Of a DNA stretch of 64,000 nucleotides, positions 31,197 through 40,282 are shown piece by piece (positions within the stretch are counted from its first letter, which is position 1; every line of letters begins with the position of its first letter). The translations under genes were made by a program, and so were the position numbers. The DNA lies in IMG/VR virus record IMGVR_UViG_3300025132_000023, positions 1-64,000 of that record; one strand, given 5' to 3'. Source of the DNA: a virus. The notes under the pieces are model-generated. The model ran no database searches, was not told the origin of the DNA, and was given only the letters and a program-made list of their open reading frames with translations.

Positions 31197-31444
31197 TAGT
31201 TAGCACCTTCCATTCTTGATACCATTGCATTAATATCTGCCCAATCCATTTTGGCAATATCATCAACAGTCGTTACTCCCGAACCACTTGTAGGTACGGG
31301 GGTATTTGCGACAACATATCCTGATTTCATCAGTAGGTTATCTTTATTGTAAACGGCCTTTTCTAAGTCGTTTACCTTACTCACTAACTCCTTCATAAGA
31401 AGAAGCATTTCACTATCTGTGTTTTCTTCACTCATCTTTTTCAT
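31196..31444 (-). CDS. Small scaffold-like protein
   Basis: Coiled coil; C-terminal DDIAKMDWADINAMV resembles the protease/scaffold C-terminus DVSEMSWGEIHNFI. Confidence 0.55.
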   Translation of the reverse strand: MKKMSEENTDSEMLLLMKELVSKVNDLEKAVYNKDNLLMKSGYVVANTPVPTSGSGVTTVDDIAKMDWADINAMVSRMEGAN

Positions 31445-31763
31445 CTCCTAAATCACCTTTACTCTTTGGGTAGATTATTCCCTTTAGTTGGCGATATAGA
31501 ATCTCATAATCTTTTCTAAGTTCAGATGCAGCCGCGACCAAAGAAAGGTTTGTTTCTTCAATCTTCTCCATCTTCTTCTTATCTGACTTTTCTACATCAA
31601 GTGATTTTATTTCATCCAATAAATCACCTAATCGGGTAAAGTCTTGACCCATATATTCAGTTGGTTGAACAGACTGACAAAGTTTCTTAATTTTCTTCTT
31701 TTGTTTTTTGTCAATCTTTTCTAACAACGGACTGTCTTCTTTCAATATAACATTTTCCCACAT
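31428..31763 (-). CDS. Helical protein with N-terminal W-tag
   Basis: Starts MWENVILKE. Confidence 0.6.
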   Translation of the reverse strand: MWENVILKEDSPLLEKIDKKQKKKIKKLCQSVQPTEYMGQDFTRLGDLLDEIKSLDVEKSDKKKMEKIEETNLSLVAAASELRKDYEILYRQLKGIIYPKSKGDLGDEKDE

Positions 31764-31766
31764 AAT

Positions 31767-33830
31767 TTACTCCTCCCTCCAGTTTTCTAATAGTTTTTCT
31801 ACTTGAGGAATCCTTTCAAATGCTTGTATTTGTTGTTGATATTCTTTTTGTGATTCATATAATTTTTGCATTCTTGGTTGTTTATTAAACTTGTCAAACA
31901 AGTCGTCCATTTGCTTTTGGTATTTGAACCTTTTATCATAGAGGAACCTCTCAGTTTTCCTCTTACTGTAATATGGGTCACCCCTACCCGGATTAATTAA
32001 TCTTAACAGTTTACGATAATCAGGAGATTGTTTAAATTTGTCTGTTGTTCTCTGTATTTTATCTTCAATATTCTTTAAGTTAGTCTCTGCCCCTTTGAGA
32101 GAAGTTTGCGATACAGCATCCTTCATTGTTTCTAAACTAGCAGTTAATTTTTCTTTACCAAATCTTTTAACGCGAGACAAGTCTACATCTTCTGTCATAG
32201 TTTTAAACCCTTCTGGGCTTTCTTTATCTTTCACTCTTCTAGTTTCTGTAGGGAACATAGTCTTCTTCTTTCTTTCTTCTTCGGCTACAAGTTCTTGTGC
32301 CTTTTCTGCAAAGAACTCTTTTTCCCATTGTTTTTCTTCATCCGATTTTGGTTTAGAAGTTACTTCTCTATGTAATGTTTCTCTTTCTCTCTTAGCCTTT
32401 ATTTTCTCTTGGGCTTGTGATTGATATTGTTTATACTCAGTAATATTTTCTTGTGCGCCTTCATAAAAATCTAATATATTTTGCAGGTTTGGAAATTGGG
32501 TTAATGATTCATCTAAGTTTTTATCAGTATTATCATTTACTATCTGCTCTAACGCTTCTATAGCCTTTTTATGGTCTACTATCTTTTCATATTCTTCTTC
32601 TATCTCTTGAACAATATCAATTATTTTCTCTGCCCTAAAGTCATCAAAGTCTTTTCCTTTCTTTTCAGATTGAGTCATTTTATCATATTGGCTTCTAATA
32701 TCTGTATCTAATTCATCTATTCCCCAATCCTCTGTACCGTCTTTCTCTTCGATAAAATCGGAAAAAGCCTGATAAAATTTACCATCTCCACCAATAGACT
32801 GTTCAAACGATTTAACAAGTTTACTAAAATGCTTACCTGAATTTGCTTGAGAATATTTGTAACTATCATTATTTAGTTGTCTTATCAAATGTGGCACACT
32901 TGCTCTATCAGTTTTTTTCGCAGAGATTCTTTCTGCAACCCTTCTTAGTTTAGACGCACTAGGTAATCCCCTACCAAATTCCCCTTTCATAAATCTCTCA
33001 AACTTTTTGTATAAATCTGAGGGTTTTCTCTTTCCATCTTCCATAGTAATTAGGTTATCAATAATAACAGGGTGGACTGTCTTCTTGCCTCTCCACATTG
33101 ACTCATCTAATTTTAATAAAAATTTACTAGAATTAATTTTATTCTCTACCAGTTTTTTCTTATCTGCGTCTGTTAATCTTACGTTATCTTTTAATGCTGA
33201 TAGTATCTCATTTAATGTTCTCTCTTGAACACTCATGTTTCTAGTAGTTTCTTGTGTTTTAGGAGAAGTGCGTATAATTTTAGTAACTTTACTAATGACT
33301 TCCCATTCTTTTTCATCCATATAATCCTTTAAAGTAAATAAACTGTCTGCAATAAATTTAGCATCACTTACCTTTAATCCTCTAGGTTTATAGGGGCCGC
33401 CCCATGCGTCCTTTAATTGTTTTGAAGACCATGTTATTTTGGGCATTCTGTCAATTGGTTGTTTATCTGCTTCAGAATATGTTAAGAACTCTTTACTATG
33501 TTTTGGTTTTCCCTCAAACCGAGTTCCCCGTTTCTTAACTTTAGATATTACATTCTTAAGAACTTTTTGCACCTGTTGTAATGTTAAATTATTTTTTGCT
33601 AGAAGGGTTTTATATTGTTTTTTTGATAATAATCTGTAAAGTTCTGTTTCTGCTGTAGCACTTTTTCTTTCAGGCTTCTTAGGCGCATATTTTTGTTTGG
33701 CATGAGAACGGGCTTGTTCTGCTGAAAACCGTTGCTTTCCTGTTTTCTTATGTTTCAATGAAAGTAACCATTTAACATATTCTTGTTCAGTCATGTCTTC
33801 TTTCAACAAAATTTCGCCCATTGTTCTCAC
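31767..33830 (-). CDS. Large Lys/Glu-rich helical protein (possible internal head protein)
   Basis: 687-aa ORF between the portal and ligase genes. Confidence 0.6.
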   Translation of the reverse strand: MRTMGEILLKEDMTEQEYVKWLLSLKHKKTGKQRFSAEQARSHAKQKYAPKKPERKSATAETELYRLLSKKQYKTLLAKNNLTLQQVQKVLKNVISKVKKRGTRFEGKPKHSKEFLTYSEADKQPIDRMPKITWSSKQLKDAWGGPYKPRGLKVSDAKFIADSLFTLKDYMDEKEWEVISKVTKIIRTSPKTQETTRNMSVQERTLNEILSALKDNVRLTDADKKKLVENKINSSKFLLKLDESMWRGKKTVHPVIIDNLITMEDGKRKPSDLYKKFERFMKGEFGRGLPSASKLRRVAERISAKKTDRASVPHLIRQLNNDSYKYSQANSGKHFSKLVKSFEQSIGGDGKFYQAFSDFIEEKDGTEDWGIDELDTDIRSQYDKMTQSEKKGKDFDDFRAEKIIDIVQEIEEEYEKIVDHKKAIEALEQIVNDNTDKNLDESLTQFPNLQNILDFYEGAQENITEYKQYQSQAQEKIKAKRERETLHREVTSKPKSDEEKQWEKEFFAEKAQELVAEEERKKKTMFPTETRRVKDKESPEGFKTMTEDVDLSRVKRFGKEKLTASLETMKDAVSQTSLKGAETNLKNIEDKIQRTTDKFKQSPDYRKLLRLINPGRGDPYYSKRKTERFLYDKRFKYQKQMDDLFDKFNKQPRMQKLYESQKEYQQQIQAFERIPQVEKLLENWREE

Positions 33831-33832
33831 CC

Positions 33833-34042
33833 CTAATAGAAAGGAATATTTTCCTTCTTCTTGTTCTTTGCCTTTTGATGTGTAATCACATTAGGCACAT
33901 TATCTGGTTGCTTTCTTACCTTGGTGCTTGGGTCAGTTGCTACCATATCGTAACTCTTACTTTCAGTCACTCCTCTTTCATTGTGTAACTTGTTAATCTT
34001 CTTAACAAGTTCCTGCTTTGCTCTCTTTATTTCGTCTGTCAT
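33833..34042 (-). CDS. Hypothetical protein
   Basis: ORF in the operon. Confidence 0.5.
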   Translation of the reverse strand: MTDEIKRAKQELVKKINKLHNERGVTESKSYDMVATDPSTKVRKQPDNVPNVITHQKAKNKKKENIPFY

Positions 34043-34043
34043 T

Positions 34044-34799
34044 TTAACGCCTCTTTGGGTCAGGGTCTAAGTGAACCTTATTTTGAGTTTCTAAATATTT
34101 TACTGGAATTTTCTTCCCACTAGCAAGGAACTTTTGTAGTTGTCGCCATTGTTTAAAACTAGATTTTAGGAAAGTATATGGAGGAGAATTTTCTCCATCC
34201 CCTATTCCTTTAATTACCACATCAAATTCAAACCATCCTAGTTTTTCAAATATTTTATCAAATTCTCTTGTAACTCTTCTCTTAGAGTAATCTTGTAGTT
34301 CTTCCCACGTTTGCCATCTTCTATTAAATTCTTTACTAGGGTATGTCGATACTTCTCTTTTATAATATCTTTGATAACCATATCTGTTTGGGTCAGAAGT
34401 ATGTGGTTTGCGGTCATATCTTCTTACATCAAAGAATCTTTGTAAGAAGTGAAAGAACTGTGCGGGGCTGCTATATGGGTGGTCAGGTTTTGTAGGTTCA
34501 TGGCCCCAAGCCTTATTATTTCTAACTCGACTTGCTACTTGCCATAATGTTGTATAAGCGTTATCAATTTCTGGTTTTAATTCTGTCCACTTATTTTTAT
34601 ACATATCTAGTTCTCTACTAAAATCCTCATCTTTAGGGTCTATTCCTATATGTTCTTTTAATCGTCTGGTATTTTCATCTCGTTGTGCTGCAAAATCATC
34701 GCCGGGAAATGCCCCATATAAACCCGGATTTTCTTCCAAAAGGTCTTCCAACCATTCAGGAATTTTATCGTCTTTTTTAAGCACTAATAACCAATTCAT
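34044..34799 (-). CDS. Hypothetical protein with N-terminal W-tag
   Basis: Starts MNWLLVLKK. Confidence 0.6.
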   Translation of the reverse strand: MNWLLVLKKDDKIPEWLEDLLEENPGLYGAFPGDDFAAQRDENTRRLKEHIGIDPKDEDFSRELDMYKNKWTELKPEIDNAYTTLWQVASRVRNNKAWGHEPTKPDHPYSSPAQFFHFLQRFFDVRRYDRKPHTSDPNRYGYQRYYKREVSTYPSKEFNRRWQTWEELQDYSKRRVTREFDKIFEKLGWFEFDVVIKGIGDGENSPPYTFLKSSFKQWRQLQKFLASGKKIPVKYLETQNKVHLDPDPKRR

Positions 34800-36433
34800 C
34801 TTGTTCGCCTTTCTGTCCTACTATCTACGTTTGTATTTCCTGCTTCTCTAGGTAAGCCTGTATTTCTTTTATCTGGGCCTGTTTCAGATGAAGGTTTATT
34901 TCTTGTTGCTGGTGGGTTTTCTTGTGGTGTAGGTGCATTACCTTGTTCCATCATTTGTCCCATTTGACTTGCATCAATATTTGTTCCAGCATAGGGGTCA
35001 CGCTCAATTTGTCCCTCTTGACCTTTTGGTTGTTGTCCTCCTTCTGGTGGAGGTTTATGATATGAAAATCTTCCTTCATCGTCCATTTCAACTTCAAATC
35101 CTAAGTTCTTAATTGATGCAGCAATTTGAACTTCAAGTTCTCTTAGCCTTATCTTTGCTAATTCATCTTCCTCTTCTGAAGGAGGCAATCTTAATTCCCA
35201 ATCTGTAATGCCAAATTGTTGTGTAATAAATGGCAATACATAGTCATTCCAAATTGTTTGTGCCATTTCAACTGCACGGTTTGTAACAAGAATTTGCATA
35301 CCTTCATTGTTTAATCCACCACTAGCAGAATTGTCTGCCATGAAAATTTTAGATACCCCATAGAAAGCAGAAATCCTATCTCTTAGGTCTTCTTTAACAG
35401 CAATGTAATCCATCTCTTTTAGAGTGTTCATAAAATTAATCCACTCAATAGAACCCTTACCATTTTCTGCTTCTATTCCCATTACAGGGATAAAGTGCGG
35501 GTCTTGTTCCATCTTTTCTTTAACGCCTCTCCAGAAATTTTTCATTGAATCAATGTTTCTGGTTTGAACTGCAAGCAATCCTCTTGGCATTCTGCTCTTA
35601 GTATAAGAAGAATTTACATAATTTTCCATAGCAATTAAAGTAGTAATGTGATTCCAAAGAGTAAGGATTGGTGATAACCCATAAAGTCTGCTTGGATTAT
35701 ATTTGCTAAAGTGTAGAACTTCTCCTTTAATATAATACTGTTCTTCACCATGCGCTCTATTCACATAATGTATAGGATATGTTGGGCCACCACATTCTTC
35801 ACAAAGTTCTGTCGGGTCATCAGATTTAAATTCTCTATGTCTAAGACAAGTAAATCCTTCATTACCTTTTGCCCCTTTCTCATCAGAATAAATTGCCATA
35901 GTTACAGGGTCACCCCTATACATTTCTTTGATTCTATGCATCTTAATTTCACTATTCCCATCTAGGAAATATTCTTTTACAAGAATAACATATGCATCAT
36001 CCATAATGTTAAGGTCATCTTCCATTTCCTTAAGAACATCTATGAACATCTGTTCTGAACCATTAATATATCCTCCTAAGAATTTCTTAGCATATTTTAA
36101 TTGGTCTTTGTCCGGCTTCTTTAAATTTTGTGAACCACATTCTTGACAAACAGGAGTAGGAGATTTATGTTTCTTTCCACAATCAGCACACTTAACTACA
36201 AACTTCTCATCCCAATGATAGCCCCTTCTAAATATTTCATTCTTTAATTGATTAGTGCAAGTTCTAACTATTACACATTGTTGGGCAACGTGATAAATCA
36301 CAGGCCCGGTTATCATATACGAGGCATCTTTTTCTTGAATACCCGGATTGAATACTTTTCTATCCGCAGGTTTAGGAGTTCTTCTCCTAAACACATTACG
36401 AAGAGAAAATCTTCTTTGTTCTTCTTCTACCAT
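34796..36433 (-). CDS. Portal protein with zinc-ribbon insertions
   Basis: EVLHFSKYNPSRLYGLSPI, MPRGLL, EMDYIAVKEDLRDRISAFYGV match HK97-like portal motifs; CADC/CQEC and CLRH/CEEC inserts. Confidence 0.9.
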   Translation of the reverse strand: MVEEEQRRFSLRNVFRRRTPKPADRKVFNPGIQEKDASYMITGPVIYHVAQQCVIVRTCTNQLKNEIFRRGYHWDEKFVVKCADCGKKHKSPTPVCQECGSQNLKKPDKDQLKYAKKFLGGYINGSEQMFIDVLKEMEDDLNIMDDAYVILVKEYFLDGNSEIKMHRIKEMYRGDPVTMAIYSDEKGAKGNEGFTCLRHREFKSDDPTELCEECGGPTYPIHYVNRAHGEEQYYIKGEVLHFSKYNPSRLYGLSPILTLWNHITTLIAMENYVNSSYTKSRMPRGLLAVQTRNIDSMKNFWRGVKEKMEQDPHFIPVMGIEAENGKGSIEWINFMNTLKEMDYIAVKEDLRDRISAFYGVSKIFMADNSASGGLNNEGMQILVTNRAVEMAQTIWNDYVLPFITQQFGITDWELRLPPSEEEDELAKIRLRELEVQIAASIKNLGFEVEMDDEGRFSYHKPPPEGGQQPKGQEGQIERDPYAGTNIDASQMGQMMEQGNAPTPQENPPATRNKPSSETGPDKRNTGLPREAGNTNVDSRTERRTR

Positions 36434-36436
36434 CTA

Positions 36437-37747
36437 TTATACATCCATCTTTGAATTTTCTTCTAACTTACTAATTGAATCAATATCAATGTCCCATTCA
36501 TTCCAATTGAAATTAGTGTTGTCTTTGTGATTGTGATACTTCATTAACTTAAACAATTCATCTTTCCTTTGCTTATACCAATCTTCTTTCTTATTCTGCT
36601 TTTTAATTTTTATTAGTTCTAATAATACTTTTGCATTAGGCCCCTTCATTCTAAAGTGCGGCATACATTTTGTTAATAACTTTTTAATATCTGAGCCGGA
36701 ATAAAAGTTTAATCTATTTACAGGTCTAGTATCTTGAGGGGATTTTTGGTCTAAATGTAATCTTCCAATGCTTCCTAATGATTTATACATTTCAGTCATA
36801 AATGCTTTTCCTCTTTCTCCGGTTGCAATTAGTCCTACTCTAGGGTTATGATTTCTATCCATTGTAATATAGCCATCGGAGTCAATAAATGCTGCTGTAT
36901 ATGCCCATATATTCTTTTTGATTTCGTCATTAAATTTATAGTATGCTCCATTTACAGAAGTTATGTTTTCTTCCCTAGCAAGTTTTGCAATTACCGCAGA
37001 AGAAGTTTTATCGTATAAATTCTTATCTAACGAATCATGTATTTCTCTTGCAGAAATTCCGGGATTATCACAAACCGATTTAAGTATCTCGGCCTTCACT
37101 ACCGCCTTAGTGCTAGGGCTTATAGAGGTTTCCTTTAGAATTGCCTTAAATTCTCTTTTGGCTTTTGTTGCTTTCTTTAGATTCTCAGCATAACCCTTAC
37201 CATAATATTTACCTTTCATTTCTAGGTTTGCTTCCCAATTCTTACAAAGAGCATCAATAACATTTCGCCTAGTGTCTTCATCACTAATCTTACTTAACTT
37301 TAATAGGTGGGTTTCATTACAAGTCATACTTTGTAAAGGAGCCTTATACTTCTTAACCCAATATATTGAATCAATGCACTTATGTAAATAATCTGTGTAG
37401 CCATCAATCACATTATCTATAGCCTTAGTAAATTCTATCTTCTTTTCACCCTTAAGAGTTCTTCGATGCATTCTCATCTCTTTAATAACGTCAGGTATAG
37501 TATGTCCTTGAATTTTATATTGGTCTGGATAAACATCTAACATCTTTTTAGCATCTGTTAGGTTCATATTAAATTCTTGGGCATAATCCTTTGCTATCTC
37601 TTCATGGCTTCTAATAGGCTTATCTCCTAACCACGCCCTATTAAGTTGTTCAATTTCTTGTGTTAATTTAGACTTTTCATTTAGAAGTTTGGCTTGTTCT
37701 TCCAAAGTTTTTGCCTCTTCTTTCTCTGCTTCTGATTCTAATACCAT
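36437..37747 (-). CDS. LAGLIDADG endonuclease-domain protein with a long helical/wHTH N-terminus
   Basis: WAYTAAFIDSDGYI motif followed by a beta-saddle-like region; NPGISAREIHDSL resembles a wHTH. Confidence 0.75.
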   Translation of the reverse strand: MVLESEAEKEEAKTLEEQAKLLNEKSKLTQEIEQLNRAWLGDKPIRSHEEIAKDYAQEFNMNLTDAKKMLDVYPDQYKIQGHTIPDVIKEMRMHRRTLKGEKKIEFTKAIDNVIDGYTDYLHKCIDSIYWVKKYKAPLQSMTCNETHLLKLSKISDEDTRRNVIDALCKNWEANLEMKGKYYGKGYAENLKKATKAKREFKAILKETSISPSTKAVVKAEILKSVCDNPGISAREIHDSLDKNLYDKTSSAVIAKLAREENITSVNGAYYKFNDEIKKNIWAYTAAFIDSDGYITMDRNHNPRVGLIATGERGKAFMTEMYKSLGSIGRLHLDQKSPQDTRPVNRLNFYSGSDIKKLLTKCMPHFRMKGPNAKVLLELIKIKKQNKKEDWYKQRKDELFKLMKYHNHKDNTNFNWNEWDIDIDSISKLEENSKMDV

Positions 37748-37761
37748 AATTCATACCCGAC

Positions 37762-39201
37762 CTAAAAATTTAATCCTACCATGCTCGCGTTTTGCCCGTA
37801 TAGCGGCTCCTCAGGGGCTTCAAAGATTCCCATGTCATCAAGCAGCATAAACGCTTCTGTTGGAGTCTGTGAGGCCGCATTTGCTAATGCTAGTCCCATC
37901 ACTAAGTCGTCATGTGCGCCTACTCCCTCAAACTTCCCAGATTGGGTAATAGAAAACATAGATAACTCTTCTAATAAGGCTTGAGACATCTTTCTACTGT
38001 TATTATCACCATAAGGAAGGTGTAATTTATTGTTTTCAAAATTCATTTGAAGATTTAAGATGATTTCTTGTTTCTTTCTTCTAGTTGTGTCAAAATCTCG
38101 AACATTTAAGTCAGAAACTGCCCTTAGTTCTTGAGTAAAGGCTTTTGCAAACGTATTTGTTTCATATAGTATAACCTCAGGCTCAAATACTTGACCAATT
38201 AGCCTTAATTTATCAATATTCTCTCTAAACTGAACATTCTTGGCCCTATCCACATGAACAATGCTTTTATTTTTCTCATCATCAACTTCTAAAACCATAA
38301 TTACGTTATAATCGCCATCTGTAGAGATAGCAGGGTCAACACCAACATAATATTTGTATCCTTTATCCTTTCTGTGACCCAATTTAAGAATTAAGTCTTT
38401 ATTTTTAGCATTTTCCAAGTGTTCTTGTCCGAAAAGTGCCGTGCCTGTTGAAACAGGAATACATAAATACTCTCTTGTAAACTTTAATGAACCAATCTCT
38501 GCTTTTCTTTGCATTAGAGCATCATAGTCCCATCTTTCAGGCCATAGTGGTTCATTCATAGAATCTAAACACGGATACTTTCTAACTGTATAAGCAGCAT
38601 TCTCTTCTAACTGTGAGAAAATATCAGTATATGTGAAAGGGGTTCCTATCATTCTTAAATTAGCAGTATGATGCAGAGTTGGTATCATATCTCCGAAGAA
38701 CCAATCAGTAACTCTTTGAATACCTGTTAAACTAAACTCTTTCAAAGGGTCGTCAATAATAATTTCTTGAGGGTGAAGACCACGAATCTGTGAACCTACT
38801 GACCTTTCAAGAATAGAGTTTCCATTTGTTAATGTAATGTTTCCAATAGCCCAACCTCTTGAAGGTCTAAACTTTTTTAGTTGTGGTAGATTAAAATACC
38901 TATCAATTTCTCTCATGTGAACTAGGGTCTGCTTTTGGTTAGAGGAAATGTAAAGCATTTGGAATGGGGGTTCTTTGAATACTAAATTCCACACTACCCA
39001 AGAATGCATAAAGACAGACTTTCCGTGGTCACGACTACAAACAATAACACTTCTATCTGTGTCTTGCATAGTTTGAAGCCACTCTTGCATATATTCAGGA
39101 TACATCATTCCTAGAACATTTTGAAAGAAATATGGAAATGAATCCTTAGACATTTCCATGTCCATTCTGTGGGCAAAATTTAATTCTTCTAATTCTACCA
39201 T
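37762..39201 (-). CDS. terL: Terminase large subunit
   Basis: Walker A SRDHGKS, Walker B IIIDD, IGTP coupling motif, nuclease GVDPA...HDDLVMGLALA. Confidence 0.95.
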   Translation of the reverse strand: MVELEELNFAHRMDMEMSKDSFPYFFQNVLGMMYPEYMQEWLQTMQDTDRSVIVCSRDHGKSVFMHSWVVWNLVFKEPPFQMLYISSNQKQTLVHMREIDRYFNLPQLKKFRPSRGWAIGNITLTNGNSILERSVGSQIRGLHPQEIIIDDPLKEFSLTGIQRVTDWFFGDMIPTLHHTANLRMIGTPFTYTDIFSQLEENAAYTVRKYPCLDSMNEPLWPERWDYDALMQRKAEIGSLKFTREYLCIPVSTGTALFGQEHLENAKNKDLILKLGHRKDKGYKYYVGVDPAISTDGDYNVIMVLEVDDEKNKSIVHVDRAKNVQFRENIDKLRLIGQVFEPEVILYETNTFAKAFTQELRAVSDLNVRDFDTTRRKKQEIILNLQMNFENNKLHLPYGDNNSRKMSQALLEELSMFSITQSGKFEGVGAHDDLVMGLALANAASQTPTEAFMLLDDMGIFEAPEEPLYGQNASMVGLNF

Positions 39202-39782
39202 TATCTTTCACCTTCTGCTTCATTCCATTCTTGTGCCATTGCTGTTGGAATATAAATTACCAAATCATTATTTCTTTCTTCTGCTCTTGCTACATGGAAG
39301 TCTACAACTTTCTTTGGAATGTGTTCATAATATTTTGTTATATCTGTAGGATTAACATCAAAGAATTTTCTTCCAAAAGAATCTGCCCAATTCTTTCCTC
39401 CCAAAGACTTGTTATTTAATAAACCTATAGCGGCTTTGTGGCCCATCTTAGACATTTTCATTTTCTGTAGTTTTGCGCCAATATTTGTAAATCCTTTCTT
39501 TCCACCGTTTGCATAGTCTGGATGAACTCTTGCTCCTGCTAAGGCCCACCATTTACCGTGGTCTTCAAACCCAGAATAACCTATGATTCTATTATTATCC
39601 CAAGCAGTAAAATAGTCACCATCAAAAGTAAATGGGTTTAAACCTACAGGATTAGTTCTTCTTGCGGGTCTTGGATTATCTGGATTTGATTCAGTCCAAA
39701 CTTCAACTATTTCATCTTCTGAAAATAATCTTGCTGGAAATGTAATTCCTTTGTATGCTTTTACAATCTCAAACCAATCCAA
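39201..39782 (-). CDS. GNAT-like acetyltransferase with N-terminal W-tag
   Basis: AWDNNRIIGYSG...LAGARVHPDY...IGAKL resembles GNAT motif A; starts MDWFEIVKA. Confidence 0.55.
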   Translation of the reverse strand: MDWFEIVKAYKGITFPARLFSEDEIVEVWTESNPDNPRPARRTNPVGLNPFTFDGDYFTAWDNNRIIGYSGFEDHGKWWALAGARVHPDYANGGKKGFTNIGAKLQKMKMSKMGHKAAIGLLNNKSLGGKNWADSFGRKFFDVNPTDITKYYEHIPKKVVDFHVARAEERNNDLVIYIPTAMAQEWNEAEGER

Positions 39783-39842
39783 ATTCCCACCACCTAAATC
39801 TATTTAATTTAATTTTGCGTAAAGGCAAATTCTTTTTTCCCA

Positions 39843-40127
39843 TTAATATCCCATTTCAAATTTACTTGGACTTGTTAGTTCTCTTGCTTTTTGACAACAG
39901 AATCTAATTTTTTGAGTGGATTGTAGGAACCAAAAAGTATCTTTTTCAAGCCTAAATTGTTCTTCTAAATAATTACACAACTCTCTCCTAGTCATGGCTT
40001 CAATATCAGAATCAATTTTTAACTTAAGAATTGGCCCGGTTTCTGGTGGTAGCCTTGCATCTAACACAACATATATGTGACCCATCCAATCAATGAGTTT
40101 ACTAATTATTCTGTGTCTAAGTTTCAT
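39843..40127 (-). CDS. Hypothetical protein
   Basis: 94-aa ORF with ATGA coupling to the upstream ORF. Confidence 0.55.
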   Translation of the reverse strand: MKLRHRIISKLIDWMGHIYVVLDARLPPETGPILKLKIDSDIEAMTRRELCNYLEEQFRLEKDTFWFLQSTQKIRFCCQKARELTSPSKFEMGY

Positions 40128-40282
40128 TTCTTATCAACTACCTTATGTTCAAATAAATAATCTGAAGCATCATCAACAGATGACCAATCGTGTTCATCCA
40201 AATCATATTTATCTGCGACTTCCTCTAAATCATCTATTGCCTCATCAACAGGCTTTTTCTTTACGATGTTAAACCAGTTCAT
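40124..40282 (-). CDS. 52-aa acidic protein with W-tag (below the track cutoff)
   Basis: MNWFNIVRKKPVDEAIDDLEE...; ATGA overlaps at both ends. Confidence 0.65.
   Translation of the reverse strand: MNWFNIVKKKPVDEAIDDLEEVADKYDLDEHDWSSVDDASDYLFEHKVVDKK

Noticed and set aside
36437-37747. Intein or group I intron in terminase/portal
   Set aside because: Terminase and portal ORFs are intact and separate, and the LAGLIDADG ORF lacks intein terminal motifs.
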